Shown one piece after another: positions 30,164-39,856 of a stretch of 64,000 nucleotides of DNA (position 1 is its first letter; each line of letters opens with the position of its first letter). The translations under genes and the position numbers were made by a program. Below the pieces are notes generated by a model that was given only the letters and a program-made list of their open reading frames with translations, had not been told where the DNA came from and ran no database searches. The DNA is from Alphaproteobacteria bacterium UBA830 (lineage in GTDB: Bacteria; Pseudomonadota; Alphaproteobacteria; MPNO01; UBA830). Location of the stretch: positions 12,561 through 76,560 of the forward strand of contig DBHK01000003.1 of NCBI GenBank assembly GCA_002295635.1, written 5' to 3'.

Positions 30164-30952
30164 ATGGTTAATGATATAACGGTGACGGCGAACTATCACA
30201 GCCTGAAAGATCGGGTGGTGATCATCACTGGTGGTGGTCAGGGTATCGGGCGCGGCTATGCACGCCACTTTGCAGCTCAGGGTGCAATCCCCGTAATCGC
30301 GGAAGTGAATGGCGAGAAGGCCCTGGCGGTCAAGAAAGAGATTGAGGCCGAGGGTGGCTGCGCTCTGGCATTCGAGACCGACGTGGGATCCATGAATTCG
30401 GTTTCTCACATGGTCGACGCGGTACTCAATGAGACCGGGCGTGTCGACGTACTGATTAACAACGCGGCCGTATTTTCTCAGATCACTATGGCACCTTTCT
30501 GGGAACTGCCACTAGATGAATGGGATAGTGCCATGCAAGTAAACATCACGGGCTCGTTCTATTGCGCCAGAGCGGTGGCGCCCTTGATGCAGGATGCGAA
30601 ATGGGGCCGTATCGTCAACGTGGCGTCCGGGACGGTGGCTATCGGGTCAGCCAATTACCTTCACTACATCACTTCAAAATCGGCTATGATCGGCATGACC
30701 CGGTCGATGGCGCGCGAACTGGGACCCTGGAACATCACCGTAAATACATTCTGGCCCGGCATAATCAAGACCGAGGTGCCACGCCCGTCGGCCCCGGAAA
30801 AAGTATTTGAAATGTTCGCGAAGCAGCAATGCTTGCCGCGACTGACTACGATCGAGGACCTCGCCAAGCCGATGCTGTTTCTTTGCTCGGAAGAGGCGAA
30901 GTTTATGACCGGCCAGATTTTCGAGCCGGATGGCGGTTTGAGCTTTAACTAG
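30164..30952 (+). CDS. SDR family oxidoreductase
   Basis: It has a TGGGQGIGRG Rossmann motif. I chose the Met at 30164, since the longer ORF from 30116 adds a non-conserved leader. Confidence 0.85.
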   Translation: MVNDITVTANYHSLKDRVVIITGGGQGIGRGYARHFAAQGAIPVIAEVNGEKALAVKKEIEAEGGCALAFETDVGSMNSVSHMVDAVLNETGRVDVLINNAAVFSQITMAPFWELPLDEWDSAMQVNITGSFYCARAVAPLMQDAKWGRIVNVASGTVAIGSANYLHYITSKSAMIGMTRSMARELGPWNITVNTFWPGIIKTEVPRPSAPEKVFEMFAKQQCLPRLTTIEDLAKPMLFLCSEEAKFMTGQIFEPDGGLSFN

Positions 30953-31102
30953 TATCCTTGATCTGAGCTATTGATTTTTGTCAACTGCGAGACTTTGTCC
31001 CTTTTTAGGAACCCGTAGTTGAGATTTCGGCGTCGACTGCACGGAGCTGTGAACGCGAAATTAAAAAAAGCCGGAACGGTCTCACGTAAACGGCAAAATT
31101 AA

Positions 31103-31633
31103 TTAGCTTTCCAGATGTGCGTTGCGGTTTTTGTATAGTTTATCATCCGCATAGCCCATCCTGTCCGGATCCCGACCCTTGCCTAGCATTACCTGCATGT
31201 AAACCGGCTCGACCGAGTCGTTTTGATAGCCGTGGATGACACCGGCGGGGCAGGAGACGCAGTCCCAAGGGCCGAGATGGCGCTCGATGCGCTTGCCGCT
31301 CTCATCTTCGAAAAACACCGTTAGGTGTCCCTTTAGGATAAAAAAGACTTCCTCCACTTCGTGGGTGTGGGCCGCATTGCCTTCGCCCGCTGGTACATAC
31401 ATAACGCTAAGCGTGAAGGCACCGGCGGGAATAATGGAATCATCACCCTTCCCGCTGGTGTTGCCGATGAAGCGATGTTGCGCTCGGCGATAGCCATCGA
31501 TGAGGGCGTCGGCGAAGGCGGACCAGTCCGGTTTGCGGTCACTGAAATGTGCAACCTGCCGGTCTGCGATCTCCTCAATGCTGACGCCCTCGAATTCAGG
31601 CGGTCGCGGATGGCGCGCGATGTTTTCCGCCAT
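31103..31633 (-). CDS. Cupin domain metalloprotein (paralog A)
   Basis: The 176-aa protein has the canonical cupin motif 1 (G-x5-HTHEVEE-x6-G) and motif 2 (G..PAGVIHGYQN). It is the last gene of the Mo-hydroxylase/ABC operon. Confidence 0.7.
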   Translation of the reverse strand: MAENIARHPRPPEFEGVSIEEIADRQVAHFSDRKPDWSAFADALIDGYRRAQHRFIGNTSGKGDDSIIPAGAFTLSVMYVPAGEGNAAHTHEVEEVFFILKGHLTVFFEDESGKRIERHLGPWDCVSCPAGVIHGYQNDSVEPVYMQVMLGKGRDPDRMGYADDKLYKNRNAHLES

Positions 31634-31644
31634 TAAGGTTGCTC

Positions 31645-32613
31645 CTACTTAATAAATGCGTTGGTGAAATAGTCGCTGGTTGGAGCCTTTGCCTTGATCT
31701 GATCGTATTCTACTAGGATGTTCTGCGCGTTCTCTATATCTGCTGGCGGAATCCACCCCAGCGGCTTCCCTTTACTTGCCGCGCTATGATACAGGTCGAA
31801 CGACGATTTCAGAATGGCCAGATGGACATCCCGGTTCAAGGTTGGCTTAACCTTGCGCAGCGCATCGATCGCTGCTTCTGGGTTTTTCTGAACGATCTCC
31901 ATCGCTTCTTGAACGGATGCTACCATCCGTCCGACAAGATTGCTTTTTTTAGCGATCAGGTCCTCATGGGCAATGACGGCAAGTCCCGGCACGTTAACCC
32001 CAGCATCTGCGAAACTGAAATAATCGGCAGGCGTGCCTTTGGATGCCATGATTGGCTTTTGCAGAAATCCGAAAGAATTAGTCCCATCTGCTTTGCCGGA
32101 TAGAACAGAACTAACCTTGGCGGGTGGAGCGACCAAGATGGTCTTGTTGCCTTTAAGTCCCATGGCTTTCTGAACGGCCTTGAAGAGGAAAATCGTACTG
32201 CCGCCAGCAGAATCCGCTATCTTGGCGTTGTTCACATCTTTCCAGCTTTTCCAGCCCTTAGATTTTGGGAAGATCAGTGCGCTAGGGCCCGTCCGCAAAT
32301 AGCCAGCGACCATCTTGGTCTTTAGGCCTTTCGACCTCAACACCATCATCGCGCCCCCATCGGCAGTGCCGAATTCGTCGGACTGGTTGCCGACAGTCTG
32401 TGACGTTGTCATCGATCCGCGGCCTTCGCGCAGATTGACATTTATACCGTTCTTGGCGAAGACGCCCTTTTCTTTGGCGTAGTGCCAGACGGCGTGATAG
32501 CCGCCCAGTACCCAGTCGAGGCGAAGCGTGACGTTGTCAGCGGCATGGGCTGGTCCCGTCAGAACGGCCGCTAGGGCGCCGGCTGCAATTAGTGATTTTG
32601 TTGTCGATTTCAT
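31645..32613 (-). CDS. ABC transporter substrate-binding protein, NMT1/THI5-like (NitT/TauT family)
   Basis: The start is at MKSTTKSLIAAGALAAVLTGPAHA, which is a signal peptide, and it is preceded by GGAGAG. The longer ORF in the track is an upstream extension. Confidence 0.8.
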   Translation of the reverse strand: MKSTTKSLIAAGALAAVLTGPAHAADNVTLRLDWVLGGYHAVWHYAKEKGVFAKNGINVNLREGRGSMTTSQTVGNQSDEFGTADGGAMMVLRSKGLKTKMVAGYLRTGPSALIFPKSKGWKSWKDVNNAKIADSAGGSTIFLFKAVQKAMGLKGNKTILVAPPAKVSSVLSGKADGTNSFGFLQKPIMASKGTPADYFSFADAGVNVPGLAVIAHEDLIAKKSNLVGRMVASVQEAMEIVQKNPEAAIDALRKVKPTLNRDVHLAILKSSFDLYHSAASKGKPLGWIPPADIENAQNILVEYDQIKAKAPTSDYFTNAFIK

Positions 32614-32671
32614 CGGTCTCTCCTTTGTTCTTGTTGAAATTGCAGTAACTTTGATTGATCGTTTCTTATTA

Positions 32672-33490
32672 TTATTGCGCGTGACTCCGCTGTGAAACGT
32701 GCCACGGGATAAGCAGCTTTTCGAGTAGTTCGATGGCATAGAAGAAAATCATGGCGAGGACCGATAGGACGATCAGCACGCCGAATAGCAGCGCCGTGTT
32801 CATTTCTCCCGACGCGCTTAGCAGGATGTAGCCGAGCCCCGAATCCGATGCGATATATTCTCCGGTGAGCGCGCCGACTACGGCCAACGCGGAAGCGACT
32901 TTTAATCCACCGAACATGCTTGGTAGTGCGCCAGGAAGGCGAAGTTTCAGGAAAACCCGCGACGCCGGCGCGCCCATTGATCGGGCGAGCTGGATCAGTG
33001 AGGGATCGATACTACGTAGCCCTACTATGGTGTCGACCACGATGGGGAAGAAACAGATCAAGAATGTGACTGCTACCTTGGTTTCGAGACCGAACCCGAA
33101 CCAAACTATGAACAGCGGTGCCAAGGCGATCTTCGGAATGCTCTGAGTCGCGACTAGCGGCGGATAAAGCAGCCGTTCGACCTGTGGCGAGATGACGATC
33201 AGGATCGCGATCGGAACTGCAAAGATTACGGCCAGCACGTAGCCGAGTAGGACGGCGATGGTAGTGTCGCCGGCATTTTCGACTATGGTGCCCCAGTGGT
33301 CTATCACCGAATTAACGACCGCCAACGGCCGGGGCAGCAAATGGGCGGGAAAATCGAAGATGGCGACCAGCGCCTCCCAAAGAACCAGGACGATAACTAG
33401 GGACAGGAACATCCAGAAAGCGTCGATATGCCAGCCGTGCGCGCGGGCGGAGAAAAAAGAATACCGTTTGAGCTCTGTCTGATCGGCCAT
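32672..33490 (-). CDS. ABC transporter permease (NitT/TauT family)
   Basis: The 272-aa protein has 6 TM helices and an EAA-like loop. Confidence 0.85.
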   Translation of the reverse strand: MADQTELKRYSFFSARAHGWHIDAFWMFLSLVIVLVLWEALVAIFDFPAHLLPRPLAVVNSVIDHWGTIVENAGDTTIAVLLGYVLAVIFAVPIAILIVISPQVERLLYPPLVATQSIPKIALAPLFIVWFGFGLETKVAVTFLICFFPIVVDTIVGLRSIDPSLIQLARSMGAPASRVFLKLRLPGALPSMFGGLKVASALAVVGALTGEYIASDSGLGYILLSASGEMNTALLFGVLIVLSVLAMIFFYAIELLEKLLIPWHVSQRSHAQ

Positions 33491-33513
33491 GTAGGGTCTT
33501 CCTGAGTTTGCTG

Positions 33514-34335
33514 TTAGTGAATGACGCCCATTTCTTGAAACAAAAGTCTGACGCGGTGGACGATTGCCCCGAACTCGGCAGAATCGCGGACGCTGAGGTC
33601 GCGCGGCCGGTCTATATCGACATCGATGATTTCCCGGACCTTGCCCGGCCGCGCCGACATCACCACGATACGGTCGGACAGGTAAACCGCTTCGGCGATA
33701 CTATGGGTGATGAAGAGAACTGTCTTTTGCGTTTCTTGCCACATACCAAGCAGATCTGACTGCATCTGCTCGCGGGTCAGCGCATCAAGTGCGCCGAAAG
33801 GCTCATCCATTAGCAGCATAGGTGGGTCCAGCAGCAGTGCCCGGCAGAGGGCAACACGCTGCCGCATTCCGCCCGATAGTTCGAACGGTCGCTTGTCTTC
33901 GAACCCTTCAAGGCCGACCGATTTTAGTAGTTCCCGAGCACGGGGAGTATGTTTTTTTGAGTCCATTCCGCGCATATCGCATTGCAACAGTACGTTGCGC
34001 AACACAGTGCGCCAATCCAGCAATAGGTCGCTCTGAAATGCAAACCCAAGGTCAGTGTATGGCCCATCGACCTTTTCCCCGTCGATACGTATTTCTCCCC
34101 GCGTCGTTTCGAGAAGGCCAGAAACGAGGTTTAGAAGGGTGCTTTTACCGCAGCCGCTGGGACCGACAATGGATAGGAATTCGCCGCGGCCAATCTCCAT
34201 ATCGGTATCTTCCAGCGCAATGATATGTTCCCCATCCTGTCCCGTGAACGTTTTGCCGACGCCCTGGATCTTGATCATCGCATCCGTTGAAGCGGAGCTT
34301 ATGCTTGCGTCCGTGAACAAGGCATCATTGGGCAT
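33514..34335 (-). CDS. ABC transporter ATP-binding protein (NitT/TauT family)
   Basis: It has the Walker A motif GPSGCGKST and the signature LSGGMRQR. Its start is translationally coupled to the coxL-like stop through an overlapping TGATG. Confidence 0.9.
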   Translation of the reverse strand: MPNDALFTDASISSASTDAMIKIQGVGKTFTGQDGEHIIALEDTDMEIGRGEFLSIVGPSGCGKSTLLNLVSGLLETTRGEIRIDGEKVDGPYTDLGFAFQSDLLLDWRTVLRNVLLQCDMRGMDSKKHTPRARELLKSVGLEGFEDKRPFELSGGMRQRVALCRALLLDPPMLLMDEPFGALDALTREQMQSDLLGMWQETQKTVLFITHSIAEAVYLSDRIVVMSARPGKVREIIDVDIDRPRDLSVRDSAEFGAIVHRVRLLFQEMGVIH

Positions 34336-36710
34336 CAGGCTTTACCTCCGTCGAAAATGTCCGCCACGACGCTCCAGCGTACGGGCGTAGAATTTAGTTC
34401 CGCCTTGAACGGGCGAAGCGCGTCACAGACTGCATTGGCGATCACTACCGGGGGCGCGATGGCGCCCCCCTCGCCAAGGCCTTTTACGCCAAAAGCATTC
34501 AATGGCGACGGGGTCTCCATGTGAATGACTTCGATCGGCGGCACGTCGGAGGCTGAGGGTAGCAGGTAATCCGCGAGGCTGCCCGTTAGCAGCTGTCCTT
34601 CTTCGTCATAGGCCAATTCTTCCAATAATCCGCCACCGATGCCCTGTACTAGCCCGCCTTTAACCTGCCCGTCAGCGAGCCCAGGGTTCACCAGGACGCC
34701 GGCATCGTGTACCTCGACATATTTTTCGATATCGAGCTTCCCGGTTTCCTCGTCGATCCATACCAGGGCAGCATTAGCTGCGTAGGCCCAAGTCACCGTC
34801 GGCGGTTCGTAATAAGACGTGGATTCTAGACCTGCCTCGATCCCGTCGGGGCGCTGATTATCCCAGCCGGGCTTGGCGGCGCGGGCAATGTCGCGCCAGG
34901 TAACATGTAGATCCGGCACACCTTTGACGCCAATGCCCGCGTCCCGCATTTCCAAATCGGTTTCGCCGGCTTCAAGCATGTTTGCGGCGATGGCAAAGGC
35001 TTTCTCTTGCACGGTGTCGGAGGCGACTTTTATTGCGCCCGAGGCAGTCACGGTGCTGCGGCTGGCGATGGTTCCATAGCCTTGGGTTACCTGCCCGGTA
35101 TCGGCGACGGTCACGAACACGTCGTCGATCGGCACTTGCCACATGTCAGCGGCGAACTGCGCGAAGACTGTCTCGTGACCTTGGCCCTGCGGGCAGGCGC
35201 CCGCAGCAACCATGATTTTTCCAGTGGGATCGATCTTTACCGACGCTCCTTCGAATGGGCCAACGCCGGTACCTTCCACGTAGCAGCCTATACCGAGGCC
35301 GAGATATTTTCCGTCCGCCAGAGCTTCTTTCTGTCTTGCGCGGATTCCGTTCAGTCCTCCAAGCGCGTCGAGTGCGCGGTTGAGCGCTTCCGGATAATTT
35401 CCACTGTCATAGACCATTGGTACGCCATCTCGGTATGTCAGTCCTACATCGTAGGGCATCGCTTCGGCTGGGATCATGTTGAGGAACCTCACCTCGGCTG
35501 GGTCGAGGTTGAGATGATTGGCAACTAGGTCGACCGCTCGCTCCATCGCAAATCCAACTTCCGGCCGCCCGGCGCCGCGATAGGGTGCGTTCGGTGTACG
35601 ATTGGTTAGCACTACTTTACAATCAGTTTCATAGTGGGCGATATCGTATGGACCCAGCATGTGGGCAATGGAATTGCCAGCGATGCCTGCGCCGACCGGG
35701 GTGTAGGCACCGGAGTCCACCAGAAACGAGCTGGTGAGGGCAAGAATTTTTCCTTCGTCGTTGAACCCGATTTCGACGTCGTAGATATTATCGCGTGAAT
35801 GGGCAGCGTTTAGGATGTGTTCGTGTCGATCTTCCACCCACTTAACCGGACGGTCTAGTTTCTTAGACAGCCATGCCACCAGAATATCTTCCGGGTAAAC
35901 GTGGCCCTTTCCTCCGAACCCACCGCCGACATCCGGCGCGATGCAGCGTATACGTTCTTCCGGCATATCGAGCGCGATTGAAATTTCTCTTCGCACCCAG
36001 TGAACGACCTGAGTCGCGGACCACACGGTCAGCATATCAGTGCGACGATCGTATTCGGCCACCACGCCGCGGGTTTCCATAGGCATGGCTGCGTATCGGT
36101 GGTGGACAAAGCGCCGGCTCAGGCGGTTCGGACAGGATTCCATCGCTGCGGCGCCATCGCCCTTCTTCGTGTGCAGAAATGCGGCAACGTTGCGACCGAG
36201 ATGTTCGTGGATTAGTTCCGCTCCATCTGCTAGGGCGGATTCCGCATCCGCCTGCGGAGGTAGCGGGTCAAGCTCCGCTTCGATCAACTCTAGAGCGTCT
36301 TCGGCAATGTATCGGTTTTCGGCAACTGCGAGCGCAAATGCCTCGCCTACGTAGCGGACGCGGTCTTGCGGGATAAGCGGCTGATCGGGGATAACTATGT
36401 CAGTGTCGACCCGGTCGCGCCAGCCCTGCGGCGTGACTACCTGCATGCCATTGATGGGTGGAAGTTCAGCGCAGACATCTGCGCCTGATGCGACAAAATG
36501 TACGCCGTCAACGGAGCGGGCCGCCTCTGTATAGACGGAGCCTATCGTTGCGTGGGGAAGGGGGGATCTCGCAAAGGCAGCATGCAACATGTTTGGACGC
36601 TGGATATCTGCGACGAACTCACCTTTGCCCAACAGCAAGTTCTTATCTTCTCGGCGAGGCACGGATTGACCAATATAACCGCCCCGGTCGCGTCGTATAT
36701 CTTCAGCCAT
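34335..36710 (-). CDS. Molybdopterin-binding large subunit of a xanthine dehydrogenase-family (CoxL-like, form II-like) hydroxylase
   Basis: The protein is about 790 aa and has a PYRGAGR active-site loop. This loop lacks the AYxCSFR cysteine of genuine CO dehydrogenases. The start is at MAEDIRRDRGG and overlaps the coxS-like stop. Confidence 0.85.
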   Translation of the reverse strand: MAEDIRRDRGGYIGQSVPRREDKNLLLGKGEFVADIQRPNMLHAAFARSPLPHATIGSVYTEAARSVDGVHFVASGADVCAELPPINGMQVVTPQGWRDRVDTDIVIPDQPLIPQDRVRYVGEAFALAVAENRYIAEDALELIEAELDPLPPQADAESALADGAELIHEHLGRNVAAFLHTKKGDGAAAMESCPNRLSRRFVHHRYAAMPMETRGVVAEYDRRTDMLTVWSATQVVHWVRREISIALDMPEERIRCIAPDVGGGFGGKGHVYPEDILVAWLSKKLDRPVKWVEDRHEHILNAAHSRDNIYDVEIGFNDEGKILALTSSFLVDSGAYTPVGAGIAGNSIAHMLGPYDIAHYETDCKVVLTNRTPNAPYRGAGRPEVGFAMERAVDLVANHLNLDPAEVRFLNMIPAEAMPYDVGLTYRDGVPMVYDSGNYPEALNRALDALGGLNGIRARQKEALADGKYLGLGIGCYVEGTGVGPFEGASVKIDPTGKIMVAAGACPQGQGHETVFAQFAADMWQVPIDDVFVTVADTGQVTQGYGTIASRSTVTASGAIKVASDTVQEKAFAIAANMLEAGETDLEMRDAGIGVKGVPDLHVTWRDIARAAKPGWDNQRPDGIEAGLESTSYYEPPTVTWAYAANAALVWIDEETGKLDIEKYVEVHDAGVLVNPGLADGQVKGGLVQGIGGGLLEELAYDEEGQLLTGSLADYLLPSASDVPPIEVIHMETPSPLNAFGVKGLGEGGAIAPPVVIANAVCDALRPFKAELNSTPVRWSVVADIFDGGKA

Positions 36711-37197
36711 CTTCGGTTTCCTCCCCGTATACCTGCTGGGCATACTCGGTCACCGCGTTGACGATGCCTTCATAACCTGTGCAACGGCAAAGCGCAGCCG
36801 ACATACCGATCCGGATTTCGTCCTTCGTAAGTCTATCTCTGGAATTCACGAGGTCGATGGCGGTCATCAGCATACCGGGGGTACAAAACCCGCATTGTAG
36901 CGCCCGGTGTTCGGAAAACAGTTTTTGCAGTGGATGCATCTCACCGTTGGCCGCAAGGCCTTCGATGGTTTGTATTTCGACACCATCGACCTGAACGGCA
37001 AACATAAGGCAGGATCGCGCCGCCATACCGTCGACGATCACGGTACATGCGCCGCAGACGCCGTGTTCACAGCCCACATGGGTGCCAGTCAGGCGCAATT
37101 CGTCGCGCAGGAAATCAGCCAACAGCATCCGCGGTTCGGCTAGCCCGATATGTGCCGAACCGTTGACGGTGACAGTGACCTTTGTGCGCTCGGTCAT
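36703..37197 (-). CDS. [2Fe-2S]-binding small subunit (CoxS-like)
   Basis: The 164-aa protein has CEHGVCGACTV and CGFCTPG cysteine motifs. Confidence 0.9.
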   Translation of the reverse strand: MTERTKVTVTVNGSAHIGLAEPRMLLADFLRDELRLTGTHVGCEHGVCGACTVIVDGMAARSCLMFAVQVDGVEIQTIEGLAANGEMHPLQKLFSEHRALQCGFCTPGMLMTAIDLVNSRDRLTKDEIRIGMSAALCRCTGYEGIVNAVTEYAQQVYGEETEDG

Positions 37198-38066
37198 CCA
37201 CTGCTCCTTGCACGATCAGCGGATTTTTGTACTGCGCGTTTTGTCATTACACCAGCTAGTTTCCGGCGATATGCCGCAGTGGCATGTGTGTCACCGTCAG
37301 GGTCCACTTGGGCCGACGCCGCTTGAGCTGCTTGAGACAGGATATCGTCCGACAGCCCGCAGCCGCGGAGGATGGTTTCCGCTTCCGTCAGCCTGACAGG
37401 ACCGGCCCCGACACCGCAAGCAGCTAGCCGAACTTCAGCGATACTATTGCCGGCTAGCGTCACTTGCGCCCCGACGCCTGTCAGTGCAAAGTCGCCGTGG
37501 CGCCGGGAAATCTCGACGAAAGCGGCGCCACTATTTGAAGGAGCTTTTGGTACCCGGATTTCGGTAAGAATCTCATCTACTTCGAGTGTTGTGGTAAGGA
37601 CTCCGCAAAAAAAATCGGCTGCTGCGATGCGACGTTCGCCGCGCACTGAATGGGCCATCAACGTAGCATCGAGCGCTAGCATGGTCGCTGGATACTCCGC
37701 GGCCGGGTCCGCATTTGCGATACTACCACCGATGGTGCCGCGGCTGCGGATCGGCAAATGTGCGATATTGAGCGTCGCGTCATGGACCAGCGGGCAAGCG
37801 GTCCTGACGAGATCAGAATTTTCGACCTCGCGTTCACGGATCATTGCTCCAATCGCTAGAAAATCACCGTCGTCCCGGATATCAGAAAGCCCTGTTAATC
37901 GGTTAAGATCTATCAGTACTCCCGGTCGGGCGAGGCGGAAATTCATCATCGGCACTAGAGACTGACCACCTGCTAATACCCGGGCTTCGGGAGCATGTTC
38001 ACTTAAAAGCTTAACAGCCTCCGACAGGGTTGTCGGCGCAAAGTAGTTGAATGGGCCAGGTTTCAT
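37194..38066 (-). CDS. FAD-binding medium subunit (CoxM-like) of molybdenum hydroxylase
   Basis: The 290-aa protein has an FAD_binding_5-like sequence. Its stop overlaps the coxS-like start by 4 bp. Confidence 0.85.
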   Translation of the reverse strand: MKPGPFNYFAPTTLSEAVKLLSEHAPEARVLAGGQSLVPMMNFRLARPGVLIDLNRLTGLSDIRDDGDFLAIGAMIREREVENSDLVRTACPLVHDATLNIAHLPIRSRGTIGGSIANADPAAEYPATMLALDATLMAHSVRGERRIAAADFFCGVLTTTLEVDEILTEIRVPKAPSNSGAAFVEISRRHGDFALTGVGAQVTLAGNSIAEVRLAACGVGAGPVRLTEAETILRGCGLSDDILSQAAQAASAQVDPDGDTHATAAYRRKLAGVMTKRAVQKSADRARSSG

Positions 38067-38190
38067 TTTAGTTTACCGATTTGGCTTTTTACTTGTGTCT
38101 ATTGGTGCATTTAATTTAGTTCTCGTCAAATTGGGGGCTGCGAATAAGCACGCGTCGGGCTATTCTTACAAAAGAAAGGGAGAATTTGAT

Positions 38191-38727
38191 ATGAGTGTTG
38201 CCAGACATCCGCGCCCACCCGAACTTGAGGGTGTAAAGAAAGAAGAGATAGTTGGTAAATATGTGGCCCGCTTCTCTGATCGACAGGCTGACTGGGAGGC
38301 GTTTGAGGATGCCAAGATCGAAGGTTGGAAACGGGCGCAACACCGCTTCATCGGTGCGGGCGGATCGGGAAAACACGATGAGCAAAACGTTATTCCGGCG
38401 AGGGCCCATACGCTGAGTATTATGTTTGTCGAGCCAGGTCAGGGAAATGCCCCCCACACCCACGAGGTTGAGGAGACATTTTTTGTGCTCAAAGGTCACC
38501 TTGACGCTTTCGTAGAAGACGATGATGGCACCCGCACCACTGTACGCCTCGGGCCATGGGACTGCATCAGCTGCCCACCAGGGGTAATCCACGGATATGA
38601 TAATAACAGTCTGGAACCAGTGTGGTTTCAGGTTATGCTCGGCAAGGGGCGTCCGGAGGCTATGGGTTACACCGACGACGAATTGTATCAGCGTCGCGAC
38701 GCTCATTTGAAGGAAGTTTCGAAGTAA
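38191..38727 (+). CDS. Cupin domain metalloprotein (paralog B), divergent from the Mo-hydroxylase operon
   Basis: The 178-aa protein is about 55-60% identical to the cupin at 31103-31633 and has the same HTHEVEE and PPGVIHGYDN motifs. The start at 38191 is preceded by AAAGAAAGGGAGAA. Confidence 0.7.
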   Translation: MSVARHPRPPELEGVKKEEIVGKYVARFSDRQADWEAFEDAKIEGWKRAQHRFIGAGGSGKHDEQNVIPARAHTLSIMFVEPGQGNAPHTHEVEETFFVLKGHLDAFVEDDDGTRTTVRLGPWDCISCPPGVIHGYDNNSLEPVWFQVMLGKGRPEAMGYTDDELYQRRDAHLKEVSK

Positions 38728-38866
38728 TTAGGTCCCCAAGTCCAATTTGTCTTTCTCTGTCGAGAGCAAGTAACGAGTTGTCAATCATATTGTCGGTGCA
38801 GAGTTTGGCTGGTGACAGCAACTGTCCAGTCTGTCACGTAGTATTCGCTTCAGATCATGGTTTTAG

Positions 38867-39832
38867 TCATGCAAGTTCGTCCTTCGCTCTTCTTGCCTTT
38901 CGAGCCAAGCCTTCCCGATAAACGATATAATATGATGCGCAGAAGATTACGCCTGCGCCGACCCAGGTCCAGATATCCGGTAGTTCCGAGAACATGATCC
39001 AGCCTATTGCAGTAGCGAAAATCATGCGTGAAAACTGAAAAGGTTGGACTACCCGGGCATCTGCTGCGGAAACCGATCGAGTGAAGCAGTACCCACCTAC
39101 ACTACTTACAACACCGATGCCGATGACCAGAGGCCATTGTTCCAGCGTTGGTGTCACCCAAAAAACTAAGGCCGGGATAAGCGCCAGCGGTAACATCAGT
39201 AAATTTGTCCACAGTGTGATGACCTCAGGGCTATCTTTTCCAGAAAGTAGTTTGATAGTGGTATTGGTGCCAGCGTATAGAAATGCCATCCCCAATGCCG
39301 CGGCCGATGCAAGGGTGATTTCGATTATTCCCGGACGCATAACGATCAAGGTGCCCACAAAACCGACCATGCATGCTATCCAGCTATGGCGGTCAGCCTT
39401 CTGCTTCAGGATCAGCACCGCAAGCACCATGGTGAATAGCGGGGTTGTGTACTGCAACGCATATACATCAGCGATCGGCATTTTGCTTAGTGCGAAAAAC
39501 AACATCGTCATTGCGCTGTATGCAAATAAAACCCTCAAGACGTATATTCTGGTCTGTAATCGGTCCGGCCAAGTCAGCCCTTGACGGCGGACAATGGGGA
39601 CAAGAACTATCAGCGCGATTAGGTTACGGAAGAATACTAACTCCATCGTAGGAATCTGGCCTGCCAGCTCGCGGACCATTCCGCCAGAAATAGAACTGAT
39701 AAGAGTTGCCATGCACATCCAAAAGATGCCAGCGGCAGGGCCGATTCTAAGCACAGGAATCCTTTCGTTGAAACTATGGTCAGCGTAAGTGTAGCGGATG
39801 CGCCCAACCTGCGCGAACCAGCGTTTCTTCAA
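38867..39832 (-). CDS. DMT superfamily (EamA-like) transporter
   Basis: The 321-aa protein has 10 TM helices and a duplicated EamA architecture. Confidence 0.78.
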   Translation of the reverse strand: MKKRWFAQVGRIRYTYADHSFNERIPVLRIGPAAGIFWMCMATLISSISGGMVRELAGQIPTMELVFFRNLIALIVLVPIVRRQGLTWPDRLQTRIYVLRVLFAYSAMTMLFFALSKMPIADVYALQYTTPLFTMVLAVLILKQKADRHSWIACMVGFVGTLIVMRPGIIEITLASAAALGMAFLYAGTNTTIKLLSGKDSPEVITLWTNLLMLPLALIPALVFWVTPTLEQWPLVIGIGVVSSVGGYCFTRSVSAADARVVQPFQFSRMIFATAIGWIMFSELPDIWTWVGAGVIFCASYYIVYREGLARKARRAKDELA

Positions 39833-39856
39833 AGTATAGATTAATCCGAAAGCTTC

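Noticed and set aside
34335-36710. Large subunit as a genuine aerobic CO dehydrogenase (CoxL)
   Set aside because: The active-site loop is PYRGAGR (form II-like) and lacks the Cys of the AYxCSFR motif required in true CODH. No coxDEFG accessory genes are adjacent, so I call it a generic Mo-hydroxylase of unknown substrate.
31103-38727. Cupin genes as a recent inverted duplication (IS-like or active inversion system)
   Set aside because: The proteins are only about 55-60% identical and the nucleotide identity appears low, so this is an ancient paralogy and not a recent repeat.
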